Of a stretch of 46,807 nucleotides of DNA, positions 33,625 through 41,186 are shown in pieces. Source of the DNA: a virus; the IMG/VR virus record IMGVR_UViG_3300013022_000001, positions 1 through 46,807 of that record; one strand, written 5' to 3'. Every line of letters starts with the position of its first letter. Position 1 is the first letter of the stretch. The notes below the pieces were generated by a model that worked only from the letters and a program-made list of their open reading frames with translations, searched no databases and was not told the origin of the DNA. The position numbers were made by a program, and so were the translations under genes.

Positions 33625-33653
33625 AATCTAATCCATGCAAATATCTACGTCAA
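33625..33653 (-). promoter_or_regulatory. Promoter TTGACG-17-TAGATT, with TAGATT tandemly duplicated
   Basis: The reverse complement reads ttgacg tagatatttgcatggat tagatt tagatt. TGACGTAGAT box at 33643-33652. Confidence 0.6.
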
Positions 33654-33670
33654 TATCTTGAAGTAGATTA

Positions 33671-33699
33671 TTGCTATCTACTCCAACCTGTCATAAACT
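33671..33699 (+). promoter_or_regulatory. Promoter TTGCTA-17-TAAACT
   Basis: ttgcta tctactccaacctgtca taaact, followed by RBS aggagg and ATG 33722. Confidence 0.4.
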
Positions 33700-33721
33700 A
33701 CGTCAAACCACAGGAGGATTT

Positions 33722-33934
33722 ATGAAGCCAGTAGCCTATTCGAAAATCAGCGAAGATGAAAAAATGCAGATGTTCTCAATGTCGCGCATGGGCCTGGCTG
33801 ATGAAGTCATAATGTCCAAGTTCAATGTGGATGAAGATACTCTCCTGCGCTGCCTTGAGGACACGTTCGTCAATGTCCAGGTTGCGCGGGGGTACAATAA
33901 AATCGATAAGAAAGGCGGAAGCTTGAGGGTGTGA
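33722..33934 (+). CDS. Hypothetical protein, 70 aa
   Basis: Inner ATG with RBS caggagg. Confidence 0.6.
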   Translation: MKPVAYSKISEDEKMQMFSMSRMGLADEVIMSKFNVDEDTLLRCLEDTFVNVQVARGYNKIDKKGGSLRV

Positions 33935-34116
33935 TGATGACAAAGTTAAAGTGTATAAATAATCTTGATAGTGAATACCTTACGCAGGGTAAAGTTTACG
34001 AGGCAAGACATCCCTTCGATGATGAATCCATAGAAATAATAGATGATGAGGGAGGTAAATTATTTCAGTGCTATCTCAGTGGTTTGCATGGCGTGTTTGA
34101 GGTGGTTAATGAATGA
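33931..34116 (+). CDS. Hypothetical protein, 61 aa
   Basis: ORF track; GTGATG overlap with the previous gene. Confidence 0.55.
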   Translation: MMMTKLKCINNLDSEYLTQGKVYEARHPFDDESIEIIDDEGGKLFQCYLSGLHGVFEVVNE

Positions 34117-34255
34117 ATGCACCGGCATCATGGGTTGGGTTTTTGGGCATAAGTGCCACCTAAGGCAGCAGATTGTTCATTGCTATCATGGTGTGGTAAG
34201 GACCAATACATTTAAGTGCAATCGCTGCGGCGCGGTGACGGGAGGGAAGAAATGA
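34109..34255 (+). CDS. Cys-rich small protein, 48 aa
   Basis: Inner ATG of ORF 34043..34255. Contains a CNRC motif. Confidence 0.4.
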   Translation: MNECTGIMGWVFGHKCHLRQQIVHCYHGVVRTNTFKCNRCGAVTGGKK

Positions 34256-34440
34256 GTGACTACATCAAACACATTCACAACGCAGATGGAAAATCATGGT
34301 GTGGAAAGGATGTTCGGGGAGATTGGTATTTCCTTGATCATAAACATGCCATTGATTCTGTCGAGTATGGCAGCATAATTATTCCTTGCAAGAAATGCAT
34401 GAAAGCTATCCGAGCGGTTGGTGTTGGAGTTGATAAATGA
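34252..34440 (+). CDS. Hypothetical Cys-containing protein, 62 aa
   Basis: Inner ATG with RBS gggaggg. Confidence 0.55.
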   Translation: MSDYIKHIHNADGKSWCGKDVRGDWYFLDHKHAIDSVEYGSIIIPCKKCMKAIRAVGVGVDK

Positions 34441-34646
34441 TTGCACTAATCGTGGTTGGTTATTTCGCAATTGGCATTGCGCTTTTCTTTGGCTTCTGGC
34501 GGTGGATTGCACTAGAAGGTGATGAAGCAGGAAATAACTTCACGTCGCTTGCGCTGCTTTTCATCTGGCCTGCCGCTATTGCCACTATCGGCATTTGCCT
34601 GCTAATTTGCTTCTTGCTGGATTGTGGGGAAAAGGTGATGAAATGA
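34437..34646 (+). CDS. Membrane protein, 69 aa (2 TM)
   Basis: ORF track; ATGA overlap. Confidence 0.6.
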   Translation: MIALIVVGYFAIGIALFFGFWRWIALEGDEAGNNFTSLALLFIWPAAIATIGICLLICFLLDCGEKVMK

Positions 34647-34692
34647 AGTGCCGCATGTATGACATTTATTGTAAATGCAAGGGGTGGATTTA

Positions 34693-35097
34693 GTGCTGAA
34701 AGCTCACATAAAAAAGAAAGTGCGACATGCTGCTGATAAGGCTTTTCCGCAAAAGATTGAAATGTCATGGATTGATGGTGCTGGCATGTACAATCATGCA
34801 TGTCATCTGAATGCAGTAAACGCTGTGCGTGATGGTCGGGCGTGCGCTGTTGTTGAGTGCGTGTTGTTGAATGATTCATCTGCCACTGCTCACTACATCA
34901 ACCTCGACAGTCGCGGCAAGTATATCGACCTGACCTTGGGTTACTTCTGGGCTGGTGCCGATTATCGCTTTGTGAGACTTGTTCCCATGACGGAGTGGGA
35001 TTCAATCAGCAATAAGCTTGATGAGCTTAAGGCCACACTATGCAAGCCAGTAAAATCGGCAATGTGGTCATGGTATGCAATCAACGATTTATGCTAA
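34693..35097 (+). CDS. Hypothetical protein, about 134 aa
   Basis: GTG preceded by aaggggtggattta. The same RBS context recurs at 35094-35109. The start is uncertain. Confidence 0.55.
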   Translation: MLKAHIKKKVRHAADKAFPQKIEMSWIDGAGMYNHACHLNAVNAVRDGRACAVVECVLLNDSSATAHYINLDSRGKYIDLTLGYFWAGADYRFVRLVPMTEWDSISNKLDELKATLCKPVKSAMWSWYAINDLC

Positions 35098-35109
35098 GGG
35101 GTGGATTTG

Positions 35110-35315
35110 ATGGAATGGATTAAGTGCAGTGAGAGAATGCCGGATATTGGACAGTCAGTTATCGGATGGAATGGCTTTGCAATGGTTCAAGTTAAATACC
35201 GGATTAACGCTTACGCCAGAACAGTAAAGGGCAGGCACCCCGATTCGAGAGCGGCGTAGGCATCTGGCATGGATGCACGCACTGGCTACCACTCCCACCA
35301 CCCCCAGTTGGCTAA
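35110..35315 (+). pseudogene. DUF551-like gene (paralogue 2) split by a -1 frameshift
   Basis: The N-terminal MEWIKCSERMPD... frame stops at 35257-35259. The DUF551 C-terminal signature GCTHWLPLPPPP is in the -1 frame and ends at 35315. The frames overlap across 35208-35259, and an A-AAG site lies at 35226-35229. Confidence 0.6.
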
Positions 35316-35318
35316 TCA

Positions 35319-35327
35319 TGATACAAT
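35319..35327 (+). promoter_or_regulatory. Extended -10 promoter TGaTACAAT for the portal operon
   Basis: caTGaTACAATccc. It overlaps the left arm of the hairpin at 35326-35349. Confidence 0.5.
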
Positions 35328-35354
35328 CCCTCTCATAACCCAGAGGGATTTTTT
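35326..35354 (+). terminator. Terminator-like hairpin whose 3' arm contains the portal RBS
   Basis: atccctct cataaccc agagggat followed by TTTTT, ending 1 nt before ATG 35355. Confidence 0.6.
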
Positions 35355-36800
35355 ATGTCCAAAATCGATGCAGTTAATGCCTACATCCAGAGCCGCGTTG
35401 CGAATAATAACCGTCTGATTGAGCGCGAGAGAGTTAATTTCAGTAAAGGACCAGACCAGAAGCATGACCGCCTTTGGTCTGAGTGTGGCTATCCTGAAGA
35501 AATCACACCAGAGATGTACCGCCAGACCTATGAGCGCCACCCAGCAGCTACTGCTGGTGTGCATCGCGTTCTGGACAAGTGCTGGTCTAAATTTCCTGAG
35601 ATTCTCGAGAAAGGTAAGGATGACAAGGCCGAAACGCCGTGGGAAACCGAAGTCAATGGTGTGATGAAAAAGTTGTGGCCATTTATCAAGGATGCAGACC
35701 GCCGCAATCTGGTTAACCGTTACTCCTGCCTCATCATGCAGATTAATGACGGGCTAGCATGGGACCAGCCCGTCGCAGCAAGTAAAACACGCATCACCAA
35801 AGGGCGCGCCATCACGCGCTTTATTCCTGCGTGGGAGGAGCAAATCAGGCCGTCCGAGTGGGATAATGATGAGCGCTCAGAGAATTACGGCCAGCCGAAA
35901 ATGTGGGAGTATCAGGAATCCTTTGCGGATAACTTTGATACGGACGGCAAGCCAGAGCGCAGTGTGAGGATTCACCCTGACCGGATTATTGTCCTGGCAG
36001 AGGGCGCACTGGATGGCTCAATCTATTCCGGCATTCCATTACTGCGCGCGGGCTTCAATAGCCTTATCGACATGGCGAAGATTTCCGGCTCAAGCGCTGA
36101 AGGTTTCCTGAAGAACGCCAGTCGCCAGCTTAATGTGAACTACAACAAGGAAAACGTCTCCGCACAGTCATTGGCCCAGCAAATGGGCGTCACGATGGAT
36201 GAGCTTGGGGATGTACTTAACGAAGATGTAGCGCGCCTGAACGAGGCCATTGATGCTGCCATGTTCACCATGGGCGCAGACGTCAAAGTCCTAAGCGTGA
36301 CGCCAGCCGACCCTCAGCCATCATGGACCGTTGCGGCAAACCAGTTTGCAGCGTCAATTCAGCGCCCATTTACAATCATATTCGGGCAACAGACGGGTCG
36401 TCTTGCATCTGACCAGGATAAAATTGATGACGCCAATGGTGCCACCCAGCGCCGCCACGGATTCCTCAATTGGTTGATTGTCAGTATTGTTGAACGACTC
36501 ATGAAGTTTGGCATTGTGAGTCCGGCCCCATCTGAAATCGAAATCGAGTGGGATGACCTGCTGGCACCGACCGATGACGAGAAAGTAACGCTCGCATCCA
36601 AGCTGGCTGACATTAATTATAAATGCACCCAGGCTGGTGAGATTACAGCATTCAGTATCGATGAGTTGCGTCGCGCCGCTGGATATGAGGCCCTTACACC
36701 GGGGGAAGCTCAGGCAATGCTAGCCATGCGCATGCAGATGGTGGCAGAGGCTCAGGCGTCAGCACAGCAACAGCAGAGCACCCCAGATGCAACTGCTTAA
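35355..36800 (+). CDS. Portal protein, 481 aa
   Basis: Its size and its position between terL and the MuF-like gene support the call. The C-terminus is acidic and Gln-rich. Confidence 0.75.
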   Translation: MSKIDAVNAYIQSRVANNNRLIERERVNFSKGPDQKHDRLWSECGYPEEITPEMYRQTYERHPAATAGVHRVLDKCWSKFPEILEKGKDDKAETPWETEVNGVMKKLWPFIKDADRRNLVNRYSCLIMQINDGLAWDQPVAASKTRITKGRAITRFIPAWEEQIRPSEWDNDERSENYGQPKMWEYQESFADNFDTDGKPERSVRIHPDRIIVLAEGALDGSIYSGIPLLRAGFNSLIDMAKISGSSAEGFLKNASRQLNVNYNKENVSAQSLAQQMGVTMDELGDVLNEDVARLNEAIDAAMFTMGADVKVLSVTPADPQPSWTVAANQFAASIQRPFTIIFGQQTGRLASDQDKIDDANGATQRRHGFLNWLIVSIVERLMKFGIVSPAPSEIEIEWDDLLAPTDDEKVTLASKLADINYKCTQAGEITAFSIDELRRAAGYEALTPGEAQAMLAMRMQMVAEAQASAQQQQSTPDATA

Positions 36801-37719
36801 AATCAATGCGCGGATTCCTTCGCCACGCCTGCCAACATCAACTACTGACCCTGTGGGCGCAAATCGCCGGGTTAGTGCTGTGTGGAAATTGCTGGATGAG
36901 AAATATAAGGAGCTGCAGCGCCGGATAGTTGAGCTATTTGATGGCATCCAGGCGGCACAGGTCAATGCCGAAGGTTATGGCTACCAGTATGACTTCAGCG
37001 CGCAACGAGCAGCGTCAATCAGCGATGAAATCCAGCGGATATTAGATGAGGTATTGCTGGATGGTGCAGATTACAATCGGTTGTGGATTGGCATCGATGT
37101 TGGTGGCGCGTATGAGTCAGGTATGAGACTGGCGCATGGCAACCTTGCTAGTATGAGCGCCGATTATGCAGCCCAGCGCACAATCAGCGATATCCTCTAC
37201 TCTGAGCCGTACATGCGCCGCCTGGGTATTGCATACTCGTCTACCTACAGCGACTGGCGCGGGTTGAGTGACCAGGGGCGCGCGCAGCTGGCGAGCGTTA
37301 TTACTGAAGGCATTGCAACCGGTAAATCACCATCAGGCGTCAAAGATGACATCGTTAAGCGGCTTGATGTCAGCCACAGCTACGCAAAGCAGCTGGCGCA
37401 GACGGAAATCACGGGCGCGCTACGCAAGGCAAGGCAGGACGAAGCGACAGAGGCTAATGTGTTGCTGGGGCTTAATGTAGCTATCCTCTGGTCATCGGCA
37501 TTAATCCCGACAACGCGCGTCACTCACGCACAGAGGCATGGTGGCGTTTATTCACCACAGGAAGTGGCTGAGTTTTATTCCCGCGATGGCAACCGCTACA
37601 ACTGCAGGTGCGGCAACACAGAGGTGCTGATTGTTGATGGTGAGCCGCAGATGACTGAGCGCGCAAAAGAGCGCTACGCAGAGTCTAAATCCGCATGGTT
37701 CGGTAGCAGGAAAAAATAA
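36787..37719 (+). CDS. Head morphogenesis protein (Mu F / SPP1 gp7 family)
   Basis: Family signature [14 protein letters not shown] ... RYNCRCG. Confidence 0.8.
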   Translation: MQLLKINARIPSPRLPTSTTDPVGANRRVSAVWKLLDEKYKELQRRIVELFDGIQAAQVNAEGYGYQYDFSAQRAASISDEIQRILDEVLLDGADYNRLWIGIDVGGAYESGMRLAHGNLASMSADYAAQRTISDILYSEPYMRRLGIAYSSTYSDWRGLSDQGRAQLASVITEGIATGKSPSGVKDDIVKRLDVSHSYAKQLAQTEITGALRKARQDEATEANVLLGLNVAILWSSALIPTTRVTHAQRHGGVYSPQEVAEFYSRDGNRYNCRCGNTEVLIVDGEPQMTERAKERYAESKSAWFGSRKK

Positions 37720-37740
37720 ACCCGCACATGGCGGGTTTTT
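37720..37740. terminator. Bidirectional terminator
   Basis: acccgc acatg gcgggt followed by TTTTT, with an A-run upstream. Confidence 0.75.
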
Positions 37741-37762
37741 CTAAGCAGACAGCTTTACGGTG

Positions 37763-38062
37763 TCACTCAAACCACTGCGAAGCGAGGTAAGCCGCGCCGG
37801 CAATTTTGTGCTCATGCTTTGGTTCGTAGCTCGCAAGACAGGCCTGAATGTTCATCATTGCCTGGCTGAGGTTTACGCCATCTCTTGCGGTTGGATAATT
37901 GTTCTCGTGCAAACCTTCATAAAACCATTTGCTGACGAATTTTTCCCACTTGCTACCCGATCGCTTAAATTCCTCAGGAATATCCTTGTAAGCGGGAAGA
38001 ATCTGCATCGCTTTGCCACCGAAAGCTATATCAACCGGCGTTACTTCAATTGGTAGTTGCAT
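37763..38062 (-). CDS. Hypothetical protein, 99 aa
   Basis: ORF track. The plus-strand ORF 37760..38056 is its shadow. Confidence 0.6.
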   Translation of the reverse strand: MQLPIEVTPVDIAFGGKAMQILPAYKDIPEEFKRSGSKWEKFVSKWFYEGLHENNYPTARDGVNLSQAMMNIQACLASYEPKHEHKIAGAAYLASQWFE

Positions 38063-38081
38063 CCTCTCTCTCCTGTAGTGG

Positions 38082-38390
38082 CTACTGGCCCAATGCCCGT
38101 TCGATTGCCTTATTGCACATGATTAGCGCCTTTTCAGACTTTTCGTTTTCGTGCGCCGCATTCCACCCCTGAACCCAAACCCTCGCCTCAATTAAGGCCT
38201 CAAGAAGCTCAGGTGCTGCGGCGATGAGGTTGGCGTTCGCTTGGTGATGGCCCGGCTTTTCGTCAAACTCAACCCATGCAACCGGCATAATCATCCCGTT
38301 TGACTGGTCATCATCTTTAATTATTGGCCCTATGCTTCTGTCAAATTTTGATGCAACCCAAGGGCCTGACGTTCCTTTGAAATCACTCAT
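38082..38390 (-). CDS. Hypothetical protein with the common phage motif NLIAAAPELLEAL, 102 aa
   Basis: RBS tagggggg; ORF track. Confidence 0.65.
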   Translation of the reverse strand: MSDFKGTSGPWVASKFDRSIGPIIKDDDQSNGMIMPVAWVEFDEKPGHHQANANLIAAAPELLEALIEARVWVQGWNAAHENEKSEKALIMCNKAIERALGQ

Positions 38391-38399
38391 ACAACCCCC

Positions 38400-38474
38400 C
38401 TAAACAAACGCATAAACACACACTCCCATAACCGCAAAGACTGCCCAGCCTAGCCAGTAATCTTTGCGACCCAT
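38400..38474 (-). CDS. Hydrophobic micro-protein, 24 aa (or 33 aa from ATG 38501)
   Basis: MGRKDYWLGWAVFAVMGVCVYAFV. Poor RBS. Not in the ORF track. Confidence 0.3.
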   Translation of the reverse strand: MGRKDYWLGWAVFAVMGVCVYAFV

Positions 38475-38490
38475 AATTTCTGCACTGCGG

Positions 38491-38643
38491 TTATTTACCA
38501 TGCTGAATCTGAATCAGTTGCTCGCGGTTAACCGTTACAGAATTCATCGGACTTCCGACCTGCGACAAGCGCCAGAGGTATCCGCAAGCTAGTGGAATAA
38601 TAAGCCAGGTTTTTCCTGACCAGGTTAATGTTTTATCTTTCAT
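38491..38643 (-). CDS. Small membrane protein, about 50 aa
   Basis: MKDKTLTWSGKTWLIIPLACGYLW... with gggag 6 nt upstream. Not in the ORF track. Confidence 0.4.
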   Translation of the reverse strand: MKDKTLTWSGKTWLIIPLACGYLWRLSQVGSPMNSVTVNREQLIQIQHGK

Positions 38644-38682
38644 CTTCATCTCCCGCAGCACCATTGCCGCTCTATGTGTAGT

Positions 38683-38711
38683 AGATTAGCTACCGCTGCA
38701 GTAGATGTCAA
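38683..38711 (-). promoter_or_regulatory. Promoter TTGACA-17-TAATCT for the 38643-37763 operon
   Basis: The reverse complement reads ttgaca tctactgcagcggtagc taatct. Confidence 0.6.
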
Positions 38712-38728
38712 CAGGGTGAAGTAGAATA

Positions 38729-38737
38729 TGGTAGAAT
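38729..38737 (+). promoter_or_regulatory. Extended -10 promoter TGgTAGAAT for the lysis cassette
   Basis: taTGgTAGAATtat lies 28 nt before ATG 38765. Confidence 0.5.
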
Positions 38738-38764
38738 TATTTTAAATTGAGCGAGGAGTGAGCG

Positions 38765-39199
38765 ATGAAGATTTCACAGAATGGCATCGACCTTATTAAG
38801 CAGTTTGAGGGCGTGAGCCTTAAGGCATACCCAGACCCAGGCACGGGCGGTGAGCCGTGGACCATTGGCTACGGCCACACTGGTGGCGTGAAGAAAGGCG
38901 AAGTAATCACGCAGTCCCAAGCCGAAGATTTGCTGCGCAAAGATTTAATTAAATTTGAAGCTGGAGTGAGCAATGCTCTGACCGTGGAGACCACCCAAAA
39001 CCAGTTCGATGCGATGGTGTCACTGGCTTTCAATATCGGCCTCGGCAATTTCACCAAATCAACACTGCTGCGCAAGCATAATGCCAAATGCTGGCAGTGC
39101 GCTGCAGCTCAGTTTGGCGTGTGGCGCAATGCAGGCGGCAAGGTGATGAATGGCCTTATTCGCCGTCGCGCAGCCGAACGTTATCTGTATATGTCATGA
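38765..39199 (+). CDS. Endolysin, GH24 (T4-lysozyme-like) family
   Basis: IKQFEGVSLKAYPDPGTGGEPWTIGYGHT catalytic-region signature. Confidence 0.9.
   Translation: MKISQNGIDLIKQFEGVSLKAYPDPGTGGEPWTIGYGHTGGVKKGEVITQSQAEDLLRKDLIKFEAGVSNALTVETTQNQFDAMVSLAFNIGLGNFTKSTLLRKHNAKCWQCAAAQFGVWRNAGGKVMNGLIRRRAAERYLYMS
38942..38954. repeat. GATTTAATTAAAT element, copy 5 (exact), inside the endolysin gene
   Basis: Read as D-L-I-K-F on the plus strand. Confidence 0.9.
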
Positions 39200-39456
39200 A
39201 GCGCCTAAATACCTGGCTAATGTCAATCTGGGGCATGATTGTGGGTTGGTTCGTCACATTCCCGCAAGACCTGAATAATCTCTGGTCTGTCATGCCCGAT
39301 GAAATCAAGAGCGCCATTCCGCCCAGCTACGCCAAGGGAATTGCGTTTGCTCTCTTCTGCTCCATGGTCATTGGCCGGAACGTGGCGAACAGAAAAGAGA
39401 AGAAGCAGCTTGAGCAAAAGGTTGAAGAGGTCACAAAAGATGACGGCGCAAATTAA
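39196..39456 (+). CDS. Putative holin, 86 aa (2 TM, charged C-terminus)
   Basis: Inner ATG with an ATGA overlap on the endolysin stop. Located between the endolysin and the spanins. Confidence 0.45.
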   Translation: MKRLNTWLMSIWGMIVGWFVTFPQDLNNLWSVMPDEIKSAIPPSYAKGIAFALFCSMVIGRNVANRKEKKQLEQKVEEVTKDDGAN

Positions 39457-39799
39457 GTTAATTATTGCTGGCGTTATTCTTGCACTGCTGACCGGTTCTC
39501 ACTTATGGGCCTATCGCGCCGGATGGTCCGCGCATGCCGATAAGGTAAATAAGGAATACGCAGAACGCAAGGCTCGTGCAGATGCAGCGCAGGAAAAGAG
39601 CAACGCTAAAGCTGAAGAGGTTCGGGTTGTCACCGAAACCAAATACCGTACCGTCTACCGTGATGTGGTGAAATATGTACAAGACCAGAATCGTACTGTG
39701 TGCAAGTTTGACGATGCTGCTGTGCAGCTGCGCCAGCAAGCCATCGACGCTGCCAACGCCGTCAGCCTTCATGAAAAAGGAGCCGTGCAAGCTCGTTAA
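39440..39799 (+). CDS. i-spanin (Rz-like)
   Basis: N-terminal TM segment IKLIIAGVILALLTG followed by a charged coiled coil. Confidence 0.7.
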   Translation: MTAQIKLIIAGVILALLTGSHLWAYRAGWSAHADKVNKEYAERKARADAAQEKSNAKAEEVRVVTETKYRTVYRDVVKYVQDQNRTVCKFDDAAVQLRQQAIDAANAVSLHEKGAVQAR

Positions 39800-39914
39800 T
39801 GCTGGCTCTGATAGCGATGCTGACTTGCAGGCTGATGTTGATAACGCAAATTGTGCTGCGTCATTAAGATTGCAGGTTTATCTATGGCAGGATTACGGGA
39901 ATAACGCGCAATAA
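39675..39914 (+). CDS. o-spanin (Rz1-like lipoprotein), overlapping the i-spanin out of frame
   Basis: Lipobox-like LLCSC followed by Pro-rich PSTLPTPS. It starts inside the i-spanin gene and extends past it. Confidence 0.65.
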   Translation: MYKTRIVLCASLTMLLCSCASKPSTLPTPSAFMKKEPCKLVNAGSDSDADLQADVDNANCAASLRLQVYLWQDYGNNAQ

Positions 39915-39915
39915 A

Positions 39916-39938
39916 AAGCCCCGCGAGGGGCTTTATTT
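39916..39938. terminator. Bidirectional terminator
   Basis: aagcccc gcga ggggctt followed by a T-rich tract, with an A-run upstream. Confidence 0.75.
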
Positions 39939-40010
39939 CAGTTTTCTTCTGCTTGCTTATCCCACTCTTCGCGAAAATCTACCGGGCGATCAAAGCCTTG
40001 AGTTGATATG

Positions 40011-40292
40011 CTATTTATCATCACTTGTTGATGATTCCACAATCCGCACCAGTTCCGCATTAACCTTTCCATCGGCATAGTCGCCCAGCTTGTAGTAATT
40101 GCTGGCATTGCTGAGAAGGACAGGTTTTGCGCCTGATTGAGAAAGGTTGGTGACCAGATAGCTGATGGTTTCCGTACCGACTTTCAGCACCGCATCGCCG
40201 GTCATTGAGATGGATTGTAGTTGCGCAGAGTTGTCGGTGATATTGCTGTAATCGCTGGTCAGTTGTGCTTTGGTGATATCTACGAATGGCAT
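40011..40292 (-). CDS. Hypothetical protein, 93 aa
   Basis: ORF track; last gene of antisense island 6. Confidence 0.6.
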   Translation of the reverse strand: MPFVDITKAQLTSDYSNITDNSAQLQSISMTGDAVLKVGTETISYLVTNLSQSGAKPVLLSNASNYYKLGDYADGKVNAELVRIVESSTSDDK

Positions 40293-40294
40293 AA

Positions 40295-40654
40295 TTAATC
40301 TTCCTCAATTTTTGAATATGCAGCAAGCAATGTGAGTGATGAGATTAGCATGAAAGTGCCAAGCACGAAGTGGCCTAGTGCATAAACGGCCGCTAGCTCA
40401 GCAATTACTGTCAGCACATGGTATTTGCGATGAATCCAGATCCTCGACTTAATTGGATTTCCGTCTTTTTTTATCCTGAACTTGTCGCTGCTAATGATGG
40501 CGCAGGCCGCCATAAATGTGAGTGCTGAGTTAACCCAGAAGAAAGCCAGCGCCAGGTTGTAGACATAATCCATCTGGAGATAAAGGCCGAAATAAATCAG
40601 CGGCCATACAATAACTACGTCCTGCACCACGTTACGGATAAATCTCCACATCAT
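40295..40654 (-). CDS. Multi-pass membrane protein, 119 aa
   Basis: 3-4 hydrophobic helices; ATGA overlap with the upstream gene. Confidence 0.65.
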   Translation of the reverse strand: MMWRFIRNVVQDVVIVWPLIYFGLYLQMDYVYNLALAFFWVNSALTFMAACAIISSDKFRIKKDGNPIKSRIWIHRKYHVLTVIAELAAVYALGHFVLGTFMLISSLTLLAAYSKIEED

Positions 40655-40986
40655 TTTCTCTCCAGTTCAATTGCGCGCTTGGCGCTTTCTAGGATTTCAT
40701 TCAAGTCCTGCTCGCGGTCTTTGTGTCCACGGAGTCCAGCACACAACGCCTTTTTAATTAAATGTTGCAGTGCGGGGTTCGTGACTTCAAAAGCCTGCAA
40801 AACATCGTAGACGTCGATTGTGACACCTTTGCATGGGCGGTTGTATTTGCCTGAGCGTAAATTAATCACAGAATCACTGGATATAATATCTGACTTTGAC
40901 TCATAGCGATTCACGACACCACAAACATCGCATTTAAATACTACGGGTCCTGGCTCAGGTCCGTAAACTGGCGTGTCACATGCCAT
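40651..40986 (-). CDS. Zn-ribbon / DUF3310-like protein, 111 aa
   Basis: FKCDVCG near the N-terminus. IDVYDVLQAFEV...LIKKALCAGLRGHKDREQDL resembles DUF3310, from memory. Confidence 0.55.
   Translation of the reverse strand: MACDTPVYGPEPGPVVFKCDVCGVVNRYESKSDIISSDSVINLRSGKYNRPCKGVTIDVYDVLQAFEVTNPALQHLIKKALCAGLRGHKDREQDLNEILESAKRAIELERK
40751..40763. repeat. ttTTTAATTAAAT element, copy 6 (11/13), inside 40651-40986
   Basis: Read as H-L-I-K-K on the minus strand. Confidence 0.75.
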
Positions 40987-41186
40987 CACTCACCTCTCAA
41001 AGTAACTTTATTCTCACCATCCACATCAAAATTCTGGCGGATGAAGTCATACATCTCTTCTCGCGTCCATTCCTTCATTCCAACGTAGCAGGCCGCATAC
41101 TGGCGCACGCCACGCAGCGTAATAGGTTGGCGTTCCGTCACAATTTTTGTCAGCGCATCAATCGGCTCACTTCTTTTCTTTCCCAT
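40986..41186 (-). CDS. Hypothetical protein, 66 aa
   Basis: RBS gagaggga; ORF track. Confidence 0.6.
   Translation of the reverse strand: MGKKRSEPIDALTKIVTERQPITLRGVRQYAACYVGMKEWTREEMYDFIRQNFDVDGENKVTLRGE

Noticed and set aside
35316-35564. 82-aa minus-strand ORF overlapping the portal start
   Set aside because: It is antisense to the portal gene and its promoter/hairpin, with no RBS.
20755-40763. All coding copies of ATTTAATTAAAT are translated in the same phase as Leu-Ile-Lys, which first looked like a shared peptide motif
   Set aside because: The other two frames contain TAA in either orientation. TTA-ATT-AAA is therefore the only stop-free phase, so the common phase is forced and carries no extra information.
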